Shown here piece after piece: positions 1-11,689 of a DNA stretch of 44,527 bases. Every line of letters starts with the position of its first letter. The stretch's first letter is position 1. The stretch lies in contig NC_068986.1 in NCBI RefSeq assembly GCF_001194135.2, positions 64,518,279 to 64,562,805 of the forward strand. The letters run 5' to 3'. A program made the position numbers and the translations under genes. This stretch comes from Octopus bimaculoides (lineage: Eukaryota). Below the pieces are notes generated by a model. It saw nothing but the letters and a program-made list of their open reading frames with translations, was not told the DNA's origin and made no database searches.

Positions 1-269
1 AATTTATATAATTATATATTTATATATTTGATCCTTTATATTGAACACTCAATATTTCATCTACATTCAATACTTTATTTCATGGTGCCATCCATTTTTA
101 TTTTATTTTATATTACATATTGTATATTATATTATATATTGTATATTCCATATTCTATATCCCACATTAGTTCTGCAGGAATATAAATAAAACATAAAAA
201 ACAGACAGTGTTGGAACTCTTTAAAACAAAATAATATATTCCTCTATACACAATCATACACCCCCCCTT

Positions 270-287
270 TTTGTATTTATTTTTACT

Positions 288-337
<50 letters not shown>

Positions 338-560
338 AACAGGTAGATAGACAGACATACAGATAAACTGAGAGACAATTAGCAGATAAACAGATTACAG
401 ATGAAGAGGTAAACAGATGCATACAGCGATACACAGAGAAAGAGAGAGTGTTTGACAAAAGATAGGTACACAGACAAATAGACATCAGCTAGCTTGCTGT
501 CTACATAGACAAATAGACAGACAGTCACATACATAGACACATAGGGACTAATATGAATAG
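270..560. repeat. (AT)n microsatellite followed by degenerate GACA/GATA simple repeat
   Basis: Direct reading: (AT)n at about 289-327, then AGAC/AGAT-rich tract. Explains the low-complexity ORFs 132..485 and 379..564. Confidence 0.85.
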
Positions 561-1026
561 ACAAGCAAATATTAACAGACCAGTGGGACCGGTGAATATT
601 TCACCCAAAAGCCTGAAAGCGTAGCCTGTGTTGTGTCTGTATGAAAAGATAGTCGATCATCTGCGACTCATTGAAAAGTGAAAGAAATTGGAATACGACA
701 ATTACCTAATGCACTTTATATATACACTTTATATACTTTATGCACAATTTTATAAACTTAATACACAGCACTCATAAAATAAATATTCACTCTCATTTTT
801 CCATTTTTCCTTAAAAAAAAACTTCCCTGTGCATATGATACCTCTCTTAGCTAAATTGCATATATCTGCCACGTAAATAAGCGTGATTATTTCACGGAAT
901 TGCACTTACGCGTACGCATAAAGTGATAATTAACATAAAATCTTAGTTCAATTAACAAAAAAATACACTTATCCAATCACTACCACCACCACCACCTCCA
1001 TAACCACCACCTTCATTTCTACCACC

Positions 1027-1695
1027 AACGGTAACTTGAATAGTGACAGATACATCCAATTCCTGAAGGACAATTTGATACCAGACTTGGATGAAGCTGA
1101 GATTTTTCAGCATGACGTAGCGTACAACACAACAGAGTGTGGCTGATGAAGGTGTTACCATATTAAAAGATTGGCCAGCTCAGATCCCTGACTTAAATAT
1201 CATCGATCAAATGCGGACAGAACTAAAGAGAAGAGTTCGTCAGAAGAATCCACGCAATCTTGAAAAGTTGTGGGATCTCACCCACAGAGAATGGCATCTC
1301 ATACCTGTGAAGATGGTGAGAGATTTGTTTGTATCTCTTCCCAGACGCATTGAAGCAATTATTCAAGCTAAGGGAAGCCACATGAAATATTAACAATGTA
1401 CAGTAACTTCTTGAAATGAACATTATGTAATACATTTTCATTATAGACTTTGTTGAATAGTTTATGTGAGGTGGCCGAAAATTTTTGTGCAGCCAGTTTT
1501 GATGGCTGTCTCGCATCTTTTCCTCTCATTCAGAATCCCTACTACAAAATATAATGATTAGGTATGGAAATGACTCCAACAGGGTCAATGTTCCATCTGT
1601 AAAAGAACGCAATGCGAAACATCCACTTAAAAGTTGGCAATTAGTAGACATTTACAATAGCTTAAAGTGGCTGAAGACTTTTGCACGGAACTGTA
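1027..1695 (+). mobile_element. Tc1-family DNA transposon, 5'-truncated remnant with intact right end (IR/DR-type long TIR)
   Basis: Translates NGNLNSDRYIQFLKDNLIPDLDEAEIFQHD, then after a frameshift WPAQIPDLNII...LPRRIEAIIQAKGSHMKY* (Tc1 DDE C-terminus). Inner repeat GTGGCCGAAAATTTTTGTGCAG at about 1471-1492 and outer GTGGCTGAAGACTTTTGCACGGAACTG ending at 1693, followed by TA. Confidence 0.9.
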
Positions 1696-2462
1696 GTTAT
1701 GTATCTTTTGTTGTTTCACTTTATTCTTCTACGAGATAGTTATAGCTAGACAGATAATGTTTCTGTGTCTAATGATGAGTTTTCATGTTTATGTAATTGT
1801 AAATAAACTGTTCTCATTGTATTATATATTCTTTATATACACCTTTATATATTCTCGTTTAGTATTCCTTTGCAGCTGATATAGCGTGGTAGAAAGATGC
1901 AGAGATGATCTGCAACTTCCACCCAGGTTCGATTCACGAATATAGCTTTCTACTTATTGTGCTGAGAACGATAAATAATTAATAACTTCGTAATTAAGAA
2001 TTGCCCTTTAATTGTACATATAGTATCACAGTTTAAGGAAGAGAAACTTCTCAATTCTAAGTGGAGGGTAGAAATCAAAGTTTTTCATTTGATGCATTGA
2101 TTCTGAGATAAGAAAACCCATTATTACCCTTTCTAATATATGTTTCGAAAAAAACTTAATACTTTGTGATAGATGCTGCAGGTTTACTGAAATAGGAGCA
2201 ATAAGCTTCTGTTCATTTCGTATAAGACAGCCGAGTGAGTTTCTATAGCCAATATATTTGGTTTAACCAGTTACTATCTAGGACTACAGGCTATAAGAAA
2301 GCCTCACCGAATCGGTTATTATTTCAGGATGTTATTATAACCATTTCATAACTATTACCTATAACGTCTTCCGTATGTATTAAATCTGTATTGAATCATT
2401 TCATTGTTATTCAACCATCATCTCGAACTTTTGTTCAAACAACCAATATTAATTCAAAATAA

Positions 2463-2672
2463 AGGAGGCGAGCTGGCAGAATCGTTAGCACGCTGGACGA
2501 AACGCTGGACCCACCGCTACGTTCTGAGTTCAAATTCCTCCGCGGTCGACTTTACTTTTCATCCTTTCGGGGTTGATAAACTAAGTACCAATGAAACACT
2601 GGGGTCGACACGATTGAGTAGCACCCCACCCCAAATGCCAGGCCTTGTACCTACAGTAGAAAGGACTATTAA
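2463..2672 (+). mobile_element. tRNA-derived SINE, family A
   Basis: GGCGAGCTGGCAGAATCGTTAGCA head, GTTCTGAGTTCAAATTCC box-B-like motif and CTTTCATCCTTTCGGGGT core, shared with at least seven other copies in the window. Confidence 0.85.
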
Positions 2673-2929
2673 TTCAAAATACCATTTCACCATTGTCCCT
2701 TGGCCTTCCTTTATAATATGACTCAAATGTCATTGTTAGAATTTTTAATACATTCAGGTTGGTTCAAACTCTTCTAGAGAATTGAATTGGAAAACATGCT
2801 CAGCGAATCAGTGAAGCCAAATAAGAAAACATCCTACTAATATGTAGTCGTAAATTAGGTTTAAATGTCAATCTTATGAACTTTTGCTTTTTTAAACAAC
2901 CGCTGTAACTTGATGGAGGATGTCAAAAC

Positions 2930-3013
2930 ATAGTCGCAGCGAGTCCGGGTTGGGTCACATGACCTTTAAGTTTAAAAGAGGCCCGGCCTGCCTGCACTTA
3001 CCTCATCATAGCT
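2930..3013. promoter_or_regulatory. GC-rich island with palindromic E-box GGTCACATGACC, TATA-like TTTAAAAG and a consensus minus-strand splice donor
   Basis: GGTCACATGACC at 2953-2964, TTTAAAAG at 2971-2978, reverse-strand GAG|gtaagt at 2996-3004. Motif evidence only. Confidence 0.25.
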
Positions 3014-4390
3014 ATATTTAACACATGAATACATATCTATATACTATATATCTATAGATGTATTATGTTTACTACTCCAATGAACTTCAACTATTCTTTG
3101 TGTAGAATTCAATAAACACTTATGTCTGTCTACTAAAACCGATTATATTTTTTGACTAGCAATTCACGGTTCGCAGTTTCAAATCCTCAGCATGCATTTT
3201 TGGTATGGTTCCCGGGTAGTAAATTATATTCTATAAACTTCAGCTTACCAAATAAAATCAATGGCTTAATCTGGAATAGATGGAACCATCTATTCCAGAT
3301 ATAGCAATTAGATTATGTTTAACTAGACATTGAAGGGTGCTTACTGCTACTCAGAGGTAGTTAGTTATAAAACAAGGAATGATTATGATTGAGATAATAG
3401 CAAAGTAGTCCTAAAATTGGATTCAGCGTAAGTCTTCTTTTGTGCTATCTACTTAATTTCACCGTATTTGAAATAGAATATAATCTAAAACCGGAAATTA
3501 GATTTTCTCGTTTCAAATGGAAATTGTTTTAGTCCAACTGTATAAAGTAAAAAATAAATCATTAGATTAAATGATATATAGGAGGTTCATTTGAAATTAT
3601 GCTCGGGCAGATAACAAAGTGATGAGTAATGAGATAGTTCATACAGTATACATCATACATGTCAGGCTTCTTTACAAATATAATGAGTTTCTTATTTCGA
3701 TAATAAATTCAAAAAATCACCGAGGTGGTCTACTTGTGGAAAAATCAAATCTAGGATAAAATACCTTCATTCTTTGATGAACGCATCTACTTGAAATTTC
3801 AGACATTTCACCATCCTATGGTACATCAACATATCTTACTTTATATCTCCATACCCCACGGATTCTTGTTCCATATAGTTTGTATGTATTTAACATAGAA
3901 TTCTACATGCAGTATGTATTACATATAGTCTGTACTGAAATTGCATGAATTCTGTGTAAATTTTGTGTACTTATTTGATGAACTATTGGCTCTTGCAGAC
4001 ATCCTCTTAAATTACTTTTAAATAGCAAATATTTACACATTATTGTTTACTTTCGAAATTGACAAATTATTTTCATTGAAACGTGCATACCATAAGAATT
4101 TAATTCTTAAATATTTCGGTTTTCTAAAGTGCTTAAATGACGATACTTCTGATTCAGTTAAAGATTCGAAATAAGTTTGCTACCTTAAGAAAAATAACAT
4201 AAATATATTATGTTTTTGATAAACATACCATTGTATTACTTCGTGAGCAAAAAACCCAACTGATTCATTCGGTGTCAGCGTGGGATCATACAACTGTGAA
4301 GAGATATGCGATTTTGTTGGTTTGTATTGTATATCCTCGATAGATTAAATTTTAACTCACAACCATAAAAACACGAACACACACATCATA

Positions 4391-4391
4391 A

Positions 4392-4430
<39 letters not shown>

Positions 4431-4540
4431 ATGAGTTGGCTACCAAGATGGCATGTCACATATTAAGCACACACTCGAATGTTCCGGAATGTGTTAAAGA
4501 TAAATGTACATATTATTTTGATCGTTATTGCTTCATGTGC

Positions 4541-4615
<75 letters not shown>

Positions 4616-4790
4616 CACACACACATGCACGCACGCACACACACACACACACGTNNNNNNNNNNNNNNNNNNNNNNNNNNNNNNNNNNNNNNNNNNNNNN
4701 NNNNATATATATATATATATATATATATATGCATATATACACACATACACATATACACGCACACAAATATACATACATATATAAAGGTTA
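4391..4790. repeat. Compound (GA)n, (CA)n, (TA)n microsatellites around a 50-N gap
   Basis: Direct reading. Accounts for the six overlapping ORFs at 4436-4845. Confidence 0.95.
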
Positions 4791-5764
4791 CTGGCACCTC
4801 ATTGTGTCCTTGTTTGAAAGGCTGATATCTCACTAATGCAGTCAAAAGGTTTTAACTGTAGTGATAGAGTTTACTCGCTGCAGCGGAATCCTTGCACAGT
4901 TGACGAGTGCTTCTTTAGTTTGCATTAATAAGATCGACTTCTCATAATGAAGTTTGGAAAGACAGAATGGTGTCCACTTAGCTGATATGCTCTAGATACA
5001 CTTAAGGAGATGAAATATTCAATGGTTATCCTTAATGGGATATGAGAAACTCTTTTCTGTATTATTAGCTTCAAATCGATAAAACAGTCTTAACACATTT
5101 AAACTTCCCTTTGATCGAGGTTTGGTAGTCCTATTAATAATGCAATCACTGGGGTTTTGCTCAAGAAGTAAATATGTGGGACTTCTTATCTTTTTCAAAC
5201 CCAGTTCATTGTAAACTAACAAAGCACAAACACACAACTATGAATTTTCACGCTAAAGCTATTTCCTCTCAAAGCTCTTCTAAGATAAAGTAGGTACTTA
5301 CTTATGAGATTAAATTTCACTGAGGAGGTCTATGAAGGCTCAAAACATGTCCAGAGCTGTCATCATATCCACCAAAGATCAGTCTCGCTCTCAATTGATT
5401 ATTTCCATATTATATTTTTTAATGCGATTTCAATTTGGAATTCTTTGCCTTGTCTTTCTTGTTAAGAATTGCCATCACTACTAATATTTTTGTTTCTCGT
5501 TACATCGATTAAAACCTATTTTTGTATTACTACATTAAGTCATCCACTCGTCACAACTATACAACATGCACTATTCAATGAAAACAAGAAAACTGAATAT
5601 ATATATATATATATCAGTCGTTAGAAAAGTGATCTCACGTGGCTAAGAGTTGTTTTGACTCTTGTCTTTAGCAATGCTTGTGCTGACTAGCACCCTCCAT
5701 CGCTTTAGTGACGACTATACTTGTTGCCTTTTTGTTGTAAATTGCAAATAGCCACCTTAATAAT

Positions 5765-5805
<41 letters not shown>

Positions 5806-6085
5806 GGAAATTAATATATGTTTTACCAAATAGGAAAACTATAATTGATGACAGTAAAATAAAATGTTATTCATGTACATTACTTATTTGATTTAATAGT
5901 CCTATAAAATATCGTAGATATTCATTATTTACATTATTTACATTTGACGGATATTTGACTTCATCTTGTTTGTTGACTTCATCTTGTTTGTTGACTTCAT
6001 CATGTGTCTTGGGGGAAATTTCGAACCTGGGTTTTCATTCCTAAGGTATCTTTCGATGTTATTATTATTATTATTATTATTAATA

Positions 6086-7830
6086 ATAAGCTCTGTGTGC
6101 CTTGGGTATGTGCTGTGGTTTGCTTTGATGCTCTTATGGTTACTGTATTGAAAGTGTTTTGCGTAGGATGTGTGCAGTGACCAGTAGTGCAATTTTCTGT
6201 ATGTTATGTATATTTGTAAGTCCTGGTGTTTTTGTTATGTATTTATCTGAATATTTTTTATCATACCTAATGCGCCTACTATGATAGGAATTGTTTCTGT
6301 TTTTACATTCGTGTTACCTCTATTTCCAGGTCTTTGTATTTTGAAAGTTTTTCCATTTCTTTTAGAGAAACGTTGNNNNNNNNNNTTTATTGTTTCTTGT
6401 CCATCGCCACATATTCTGCAGTTATTTTTTATGTTTCTTTTCATTATATGTTTTTGGTAATTTCTGGTGGGGAGGCTTTGGTCTTGTGCAGCAATTAAAA
6501 ATCCTTCAGTCTCTGCTTTGAGTCATGAGCTTCTCAACCATTTCTGAGATTTTTCTCTGTCTATTTCTTTTGCATTTAGTTTAGCCCAGTATTTACCATG
6601 TAGGGGCTTTTCTTGCCATCGTTTTATCATGGTCCGTTGCTGTTCTAGTTTTAGTTTGGAATTCATTTGTTTGGATTTCGTTCTTCTTCTTCTTCTTCTT
6701 CTTCTTCTTCTCCTTCTTCTTCTTCTTCTTCTTCTCCTTCTTCTTCTTCTTCTTCTTCTTCTTCTTCTTCTTCTTCTTCTTCTTCTTCTCCTCCTCCTCC
6801 TCCTCCTNNNNNNNNNNNNNNNNNNNNNNNNNNNNNNNNNNNNNNNNNNNNNNNNNNNNNNNNNNNNNNNNNNNNNNNNNNNNNNNNNNNNNNNNNNNNN
6901 NNNNNNNNNNNNNNNNNNNNNNNNNNNNNNNNNNNNNNNNNNNNNNNNNNNNNNNNNNNNNNNNNNNNNNNNNNNNNNNNNNNNNNNNNNNNNNNNNNNN
7001 NNNNNNNNNNNNNNNNNNNNNNNNNNNNNNNNNNNNNNNNNNNNNNNNNNNNNNNNNNNNNNNNNNNNNNNNNNNNNNNNNNNNNNNNNNNNNNNNNNNN
7101 NNNNNNNNNNNNNNNNNNNNNNNNNNNNNNNNNNNNNNNNNNNNNNNNNNNNNNNNNNNNNNNNNNNNNNNNNNNNNNNNNNNNNNNNNNNNNNNNNNNN
7201 NNNNNNNNNNNNNNNNNNNNNNNNNNNNNNNNNNNNNNNNNNNNNNNNNNNNNNNNNNNNNNNNNNNNNNNNNNNNNNNNNNNNNGTTATTTGTATTAGT
7301 TTTCCTTGCTTCTGAAGTAGGTATTTTGCAGTCCTATCGTGGTTATTTTATAATAGTTTTCCAGCTGTATAAGGCCTCTACCACCTTCTGTACGTTGTAT
7401 ATATAGCCTTTCTATGTCAGATTTTGGGTGGTGCATCTAAGATCCTGTCATTATTTTTCTTGTTTTGCTGTCTATTTTCGTTAGTTCATTTCATTGGCTT
7501 TATCTAGTGTAATGTTGCTACTCTTAACTAGTTTTCTTCTTTTCAGGGTTGCTTTGGCACATTTTTTCTAATCCAAATTTCATATCTATCACCGACCATA
7601 TTTCTTTCCAAAATTCTTCCACTTCTTCTGCTGTTGGTGAAGCAGTAATGTCTATTTTATTTTTGCTAAGCTCTTGGTAGAATTTTTTGTGGTTGGAGTT
7701 TGTTTTGTTTTGTTCAAAGAAACGTTGGCGTTTTTCATACCGGCGGATCCTTTGTGCTTTGGCAAGGATATCTTGCTTTAGTTTTTCTTTTACCCCAGGT
7801 AAATCTTTTTCTGTAATGTTGTATTTGCAC
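6086..7830 (-). mobile_element. R4/Dong-clade non-LTR retrotransposon (REL endonuclease type), truncated and internally deleted
   Basis: Minus-strand segments LKQDILAKAQRIRRYEKRQRFF, HHPKSDIERLYIQRTEGGRGL, WLRSS*LKAETEGFLIAAQDQSLPTRNY, CRICGDGQETI (zinc knuckle), KEMEKLSKYKDLE, TIPIIVGALGMIK and QKIALLVTAHILRK. Its 3' end abuts a (TAA)n tract. The RT core is absent, and it is interrupted by (CTT)n and two gaps. Confidence 0.85.
6682..6807. repeat. (CTT)n/(CTC)n microsatellite running into a gap
   Basis: Direct reading. Source of the poly-L and poly-S ORFs. Confidence 0.95.
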
Positions 7831-7864
7831 ATACCTTAGGAATGAAAGTTGGAAATTTCCCCAA

Positions 7865-7910
7865 GACACCTGATGAAGGCTGGAGAGTATATCAGCTGAA
7901 ACGTTGTGTT
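7865..7910 (+). ncRNA. Minimal type I hammerhead ribozyme (PLE-type)
   Basis: GACAC-CTGATGA-A-GGCTG(gagagtatat)CAGCT-GAAA-CGTT|GTGTT. Stem I GACAC/GTGTT, stem II closed by a G-U pair, palindromic AACGTT stem III, GUU cleavage triplet. Confidence 0.75.
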
Positions 7911-8079
7911 AGCAACAAACAAAATGAGGACAAATATCCGTCAAATGTAAATAATGTACATAATTCCTCATCTCTTAAATATATAACTGTATCGTAGATA
8001 TTAATGGAATTATATAATACAAGATTTTAGTTGCCTGCAACTCTCATAGGAAACCACGTTGTTGTTATTGATCATATCC

Positions 8080-8225
8080 GATCGAGCAGGCCTGCGGTAT
8101 TCTACCCGTGACTGTTACGTCTTTTTAAAAATTTACATAGGACTATATATCTAATACGCCAATTCCATTTCTAAAACTGTAGGATGTGATTTGAGTGAGA
8201 TTGACTGGTGTTTCCAGCAAATTTC
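8080..8225 (+). repeat. Old interspersed repeat family E, copy 1
   Basis: Shares GAGCAGACC-TATGATCAAAG-CATTCCAG...GGACTACATTATCC...GTGATTTGAG-like blocks with copies at 17.9, 22.7, 30.1, 31.3 and 33.1 kb. Confidence 0.55.
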
Positions 8226-9264
8226 GTGTTTCTCAAGCTTTTCATGTTTCGCGGACTTCAGGTTTCTGAGAGATCTGTCTACTCAGCAAGACAATTCTAG
8301 TAACTAACAACATACTCTTTTCCTCAGGGTTATCTCTGAATTGAGAGATATATGTAACTGAATATACAACTATATAAATAATATTATTGGTAAAAAGAGA
8401 TTTAATGACATAGTTGATACTGCTTTGTTGATATTATGTTCTAATTTCAGGTTTTAAGCATAGAACAGGTTCTAAAACGCATCTGAAAAGTTGTTCGTTT
8501 TTGCTCATCTGAATTTTGAAATTAAAAGTTTATCTTTGCCAATATTATTGTGAGTAATTATGAATTTTACTCTGTAACATCTTGATATTTTGAGAATAGT
8601 TCACATATCCTTTGTACTGACTTTGTGGATCCCCAGGGATTTGCAAAATGGAAACTGCTGGAATTGAAGTTTCCAGTATAGGTTTGAAATATCACAAAGT
8701 AGATAAGGCTGCTTCATCCACTTTTCTATATTTACACATTACGGATGTTCTAATATCATGCATAACGCACGCTAGTCAGTGAAATAAGTAACAACAAAAC
8801 GAACAAAAATAAAATAGGATGCAAACAAATCTTTTCCATCAAATTTCCATATAATAACACCCAAAATTCAATTAGATATTGCGATTACAGCTTATAGTAT
8901 TTCACGAAATACTAGCGCCCTCTACCTGAGCTATCTTAGAAGTGGCATACAATTACCGTTCCTTGTTTGTAATTCTTTTCCTGTAGTTGTTAGTAAACAT
9001 GCCTGACAGGAATGGTACGAACGATGTGCCTGGTTCTTGTCTTGTGATAAAACAAGCAGCTTACGCGTTCACCGATAGATTTCATCATGTTACTGCGTAG
9101 AATGATTTATGTTGGGTGGCATTTTTCTTTTTTTAAAAATTTTATTTGCTGTGTTATATTGACGATGTGGTGTGGTGCATTACTAATATTATTACCTTCG
9201 TCAGTGTACACAAACGTTTCTTTGTATATGGGCTGCACTTATGGCAAATAAATAATGTTGCATA

Positions 9265-9445
9265 CACATACATATACGTATACACACACACACACACACA
9301 CACACGCAAAGACACACATATATCCATATAAATATACATACAGACATACGAACATACATACATACATATACACAGACACACACACACGCACACACATACA
9401 CGCACAAATACACACACACACGCACGCACACACGCACACACGCAC

Positions 9446-9481
<36 letters not shown>

Positions 9482-9500
9482 ACACAAACATGCATTCGTA
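9265..9500. repeat. Degenerate (CA)n/(CACG)n microsatellite
   Basis: Direct reading. Confidence 0.9.
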
Positions 9501-9734
9501 TACACATCAAACAATACATTCATCATACAAAGCTTACAAGTTTCGTTCCTTCAAATGAACGTATGGTTATGGTTTTATTAATATTTTATGTAAGTTATTT
9601 TTCTAGGCTTTAGTTCCCCCTTTATATTTTAGTTTGCGATTTACGTGCTTTGTCACAGTATGTTTCTTATGCTTTAATTATTAGTATTTAATTTCTGTAA
9701 GTCGATTTAGTAGTGATTATTATTTATGTTTTAT

Positions 9735-9990
9735 TTCGTATTTTATGTCGTGTTCAAGATTTATACGTTTGTGATTTGTATCTCAGATCCAAGAATTTTG
9801 CTTCTATGTTCTCGAACAATGTTAGGTTATATTTTCTTAGGCGTTTGTTTCTGTTAGTATTAGTCATACTACCTCAGAATGTCGAAATTGCGTTGATCTC
9901 CGATAAGCATCAGACGAGGGAAGTTCCCCTGGATATATTTAAACATATATTTGTTTTCAACTTAATGAATCTGCTCGTTGTTACTGTTCT
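9735..9990 (-). pseudogene. Possible very decayed Penelope-like reverse transcriptase fragment
   Basis: Minus strand reads KRLRKYNLTLFENIEAKFLDLRYKSQTYKS, resembling the FLD...YK.Y.KPN block of PLE RTs. Weak, single motif. Confidence 0.25.
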
Positions 9991-10136
9991 GCTAAATTTG
10001 TTTTACTTCCTCACGATAGTACAGGTTCCTAGGTTAATTAATTCCTTGATAGAGAATTTTGTAGGGTTATAATTTTTTTTAGTGGGGTTTGGGTTGCCGT
10101 TGGGGGACATCCAAAAGTTGTTATACGGTTGATATG

Positions 10137-10275
<139 letters not shown>

Positions 10276-11689
10276 AAGATATGATAGAATATTTATATAT
10301 ATTTATATATATTAAATATATTATAATATAGGTGGCTATAGCATTTATAACCTAAAAGGTAAAATTGATAAATGAAGGTGCAAAATAGCACCTGCAATCG
10401 CTAGAAATGAGAGTCAAAAAATGTAGCTCGAACAGCCACACAAAAGCTCACACACACACGCACACACACACACACACACACGCACACAAACATATATATT
10501 TGTGTGTGTGTGCGTTTGTGGTGGGGATTGCACGTTGAAATATATAAAGTATGCGCGTGTTCGGTTGTTCATAAGTTTGCATCTACGAACATACGCATAC
10601 ATAAGTATCTAAACACAGTTTCAGACGTGTATTCATATATATATATATATATATAAAGGACACAGGTTTCGTGTGTCACATAGCTAGCTAGAGGCGATGG
10701 CTTCTTGGAGCTAATTCACGGCAGCTTTCGTCCTAATTTTGGGACTGCCATGTTGGCTTGGCGATAACTATTAATTTCCAGTACCGCTGCCGTAGTCTCC
10801 TTTAGAGAGACTTAGAAATATTAATANNNNNNNNNNNNNNNNNNNNNNNNNNNNNNNNNNNNNNNNNNNNNNNNNNNNNNNNNNNNNNNNNNNNNNNNNN
10901 NNNNNNNNNNNNNNNNNNNNNNNNNNNNNNNNNNNNNNNNNNNNNNNNNNNNNNNNNNNNNNNNNNNNNNNNNNNNNNNNNNNNNNNNNNNNNNNNNNNN
11001 NNNNNNNNNNNNNNNNNNNNNNNNNNNNNNNNNNNNNNNNNNNNNNNNNNNNNNNNNNNNNNNNNNNNNNNNNNNNNNNNNNNNNNNNNNNNNNNNNNNN
11101 NNNNNNNNNNNNNNNNNNNNNNNNNNNNNNNNNNNNNNNNNNNNNATATATATATATATATATATAATCTGAAACCATTTCGTGCCTAGCGGAAAAAATG
11201 TGTGTTCCTCAAATATATTCCTCTGAATCTAATGTTAGCTGTAGTTATAGCTCGCCGACGATTTTTTTTTATTTGCCAACGAAGACAAAGGCTTATTAGG
11301 ATGCTTATGAATAACTAATGCTTTAGAAATCCTTAGCAATGTTTCATAAACTGTTAAATCATATATTTTATTATATTCTCCTTCTCCTCTCACGTAAAGT
11401 AGATCAGTGTAGATAAACTGAAACACAGCTTTCATAAGATTTTATGGTGATTCTTTTCTTCTCTCAAGAGAGTGTTGTTTTTTCTTTTTCGCTTTTCTAC
11501 ATTTCTTTTTATAATTTTGTTCGCATCAATACTACCGCAATCCAACAACCGACTATGACAGATACATTCCTCAAGACGCTGGAAAACGCCCTTCTTGCGG
11601 ACCCATCAGAAGGCAATGTCCAGCCTCTCTCAGGGACATCATTCATAGCACTGCATTGTGGGCCTTTGGAAGGAGGAGGTAAATGACAC

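Larger units (their letters stand above)
5923..7989. mobile_element. Fold-back hammerhead element copy 1 (Penelope-like pLTR arms in inverted orientation) carrying an R4/Dong fragment
   Basis: Left arm 5923-6059 is the reverse complement of right arm 7831-7989. A 13-bp direct repeat TATCGTAGATATT flanks the unit at 5910-5922 and 7990-8002. Confidence 0.8.

Noticed and set aside
952-1161. Gly-rich ORF GGRNEGGGYGGGGGGS on the minus strand
   Set aside because: It comes from an (ACC)n tract fused to the antisense of the Tc1 remnant. No splice or domain support.
1870-1950. tRNA-like stretch with GGTTCGATTC
   Set aside because: No cloverleaf can be folded. Probably a decayed SINE head, not a tRNA gene.
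4820-5500. Possible decayed Penelope GIY-YIG region (NIIWK and CL...EK..LL...LVN-like words on the minus strand)
   Set aside because: The motifs are too short and scattered across frames to call without a profile search.
8560-8760. Protein-like short open frames on both strands (e.g. FQTYTGNFNSSSFHFANPWGST)
   Set aside because: Bounded by stops, with weak splice signals and no recognisable homology.
9063-9095. Possible 28-nt minus-strand exon (cag|TAACATG...GAACGC|gtaagc), and similar short candidates near 26830 and 37445
   Set aside because: AG...GT pairs of this size arise often by chance in 44 kb, and they cannot be chained into a gene without RNA data.
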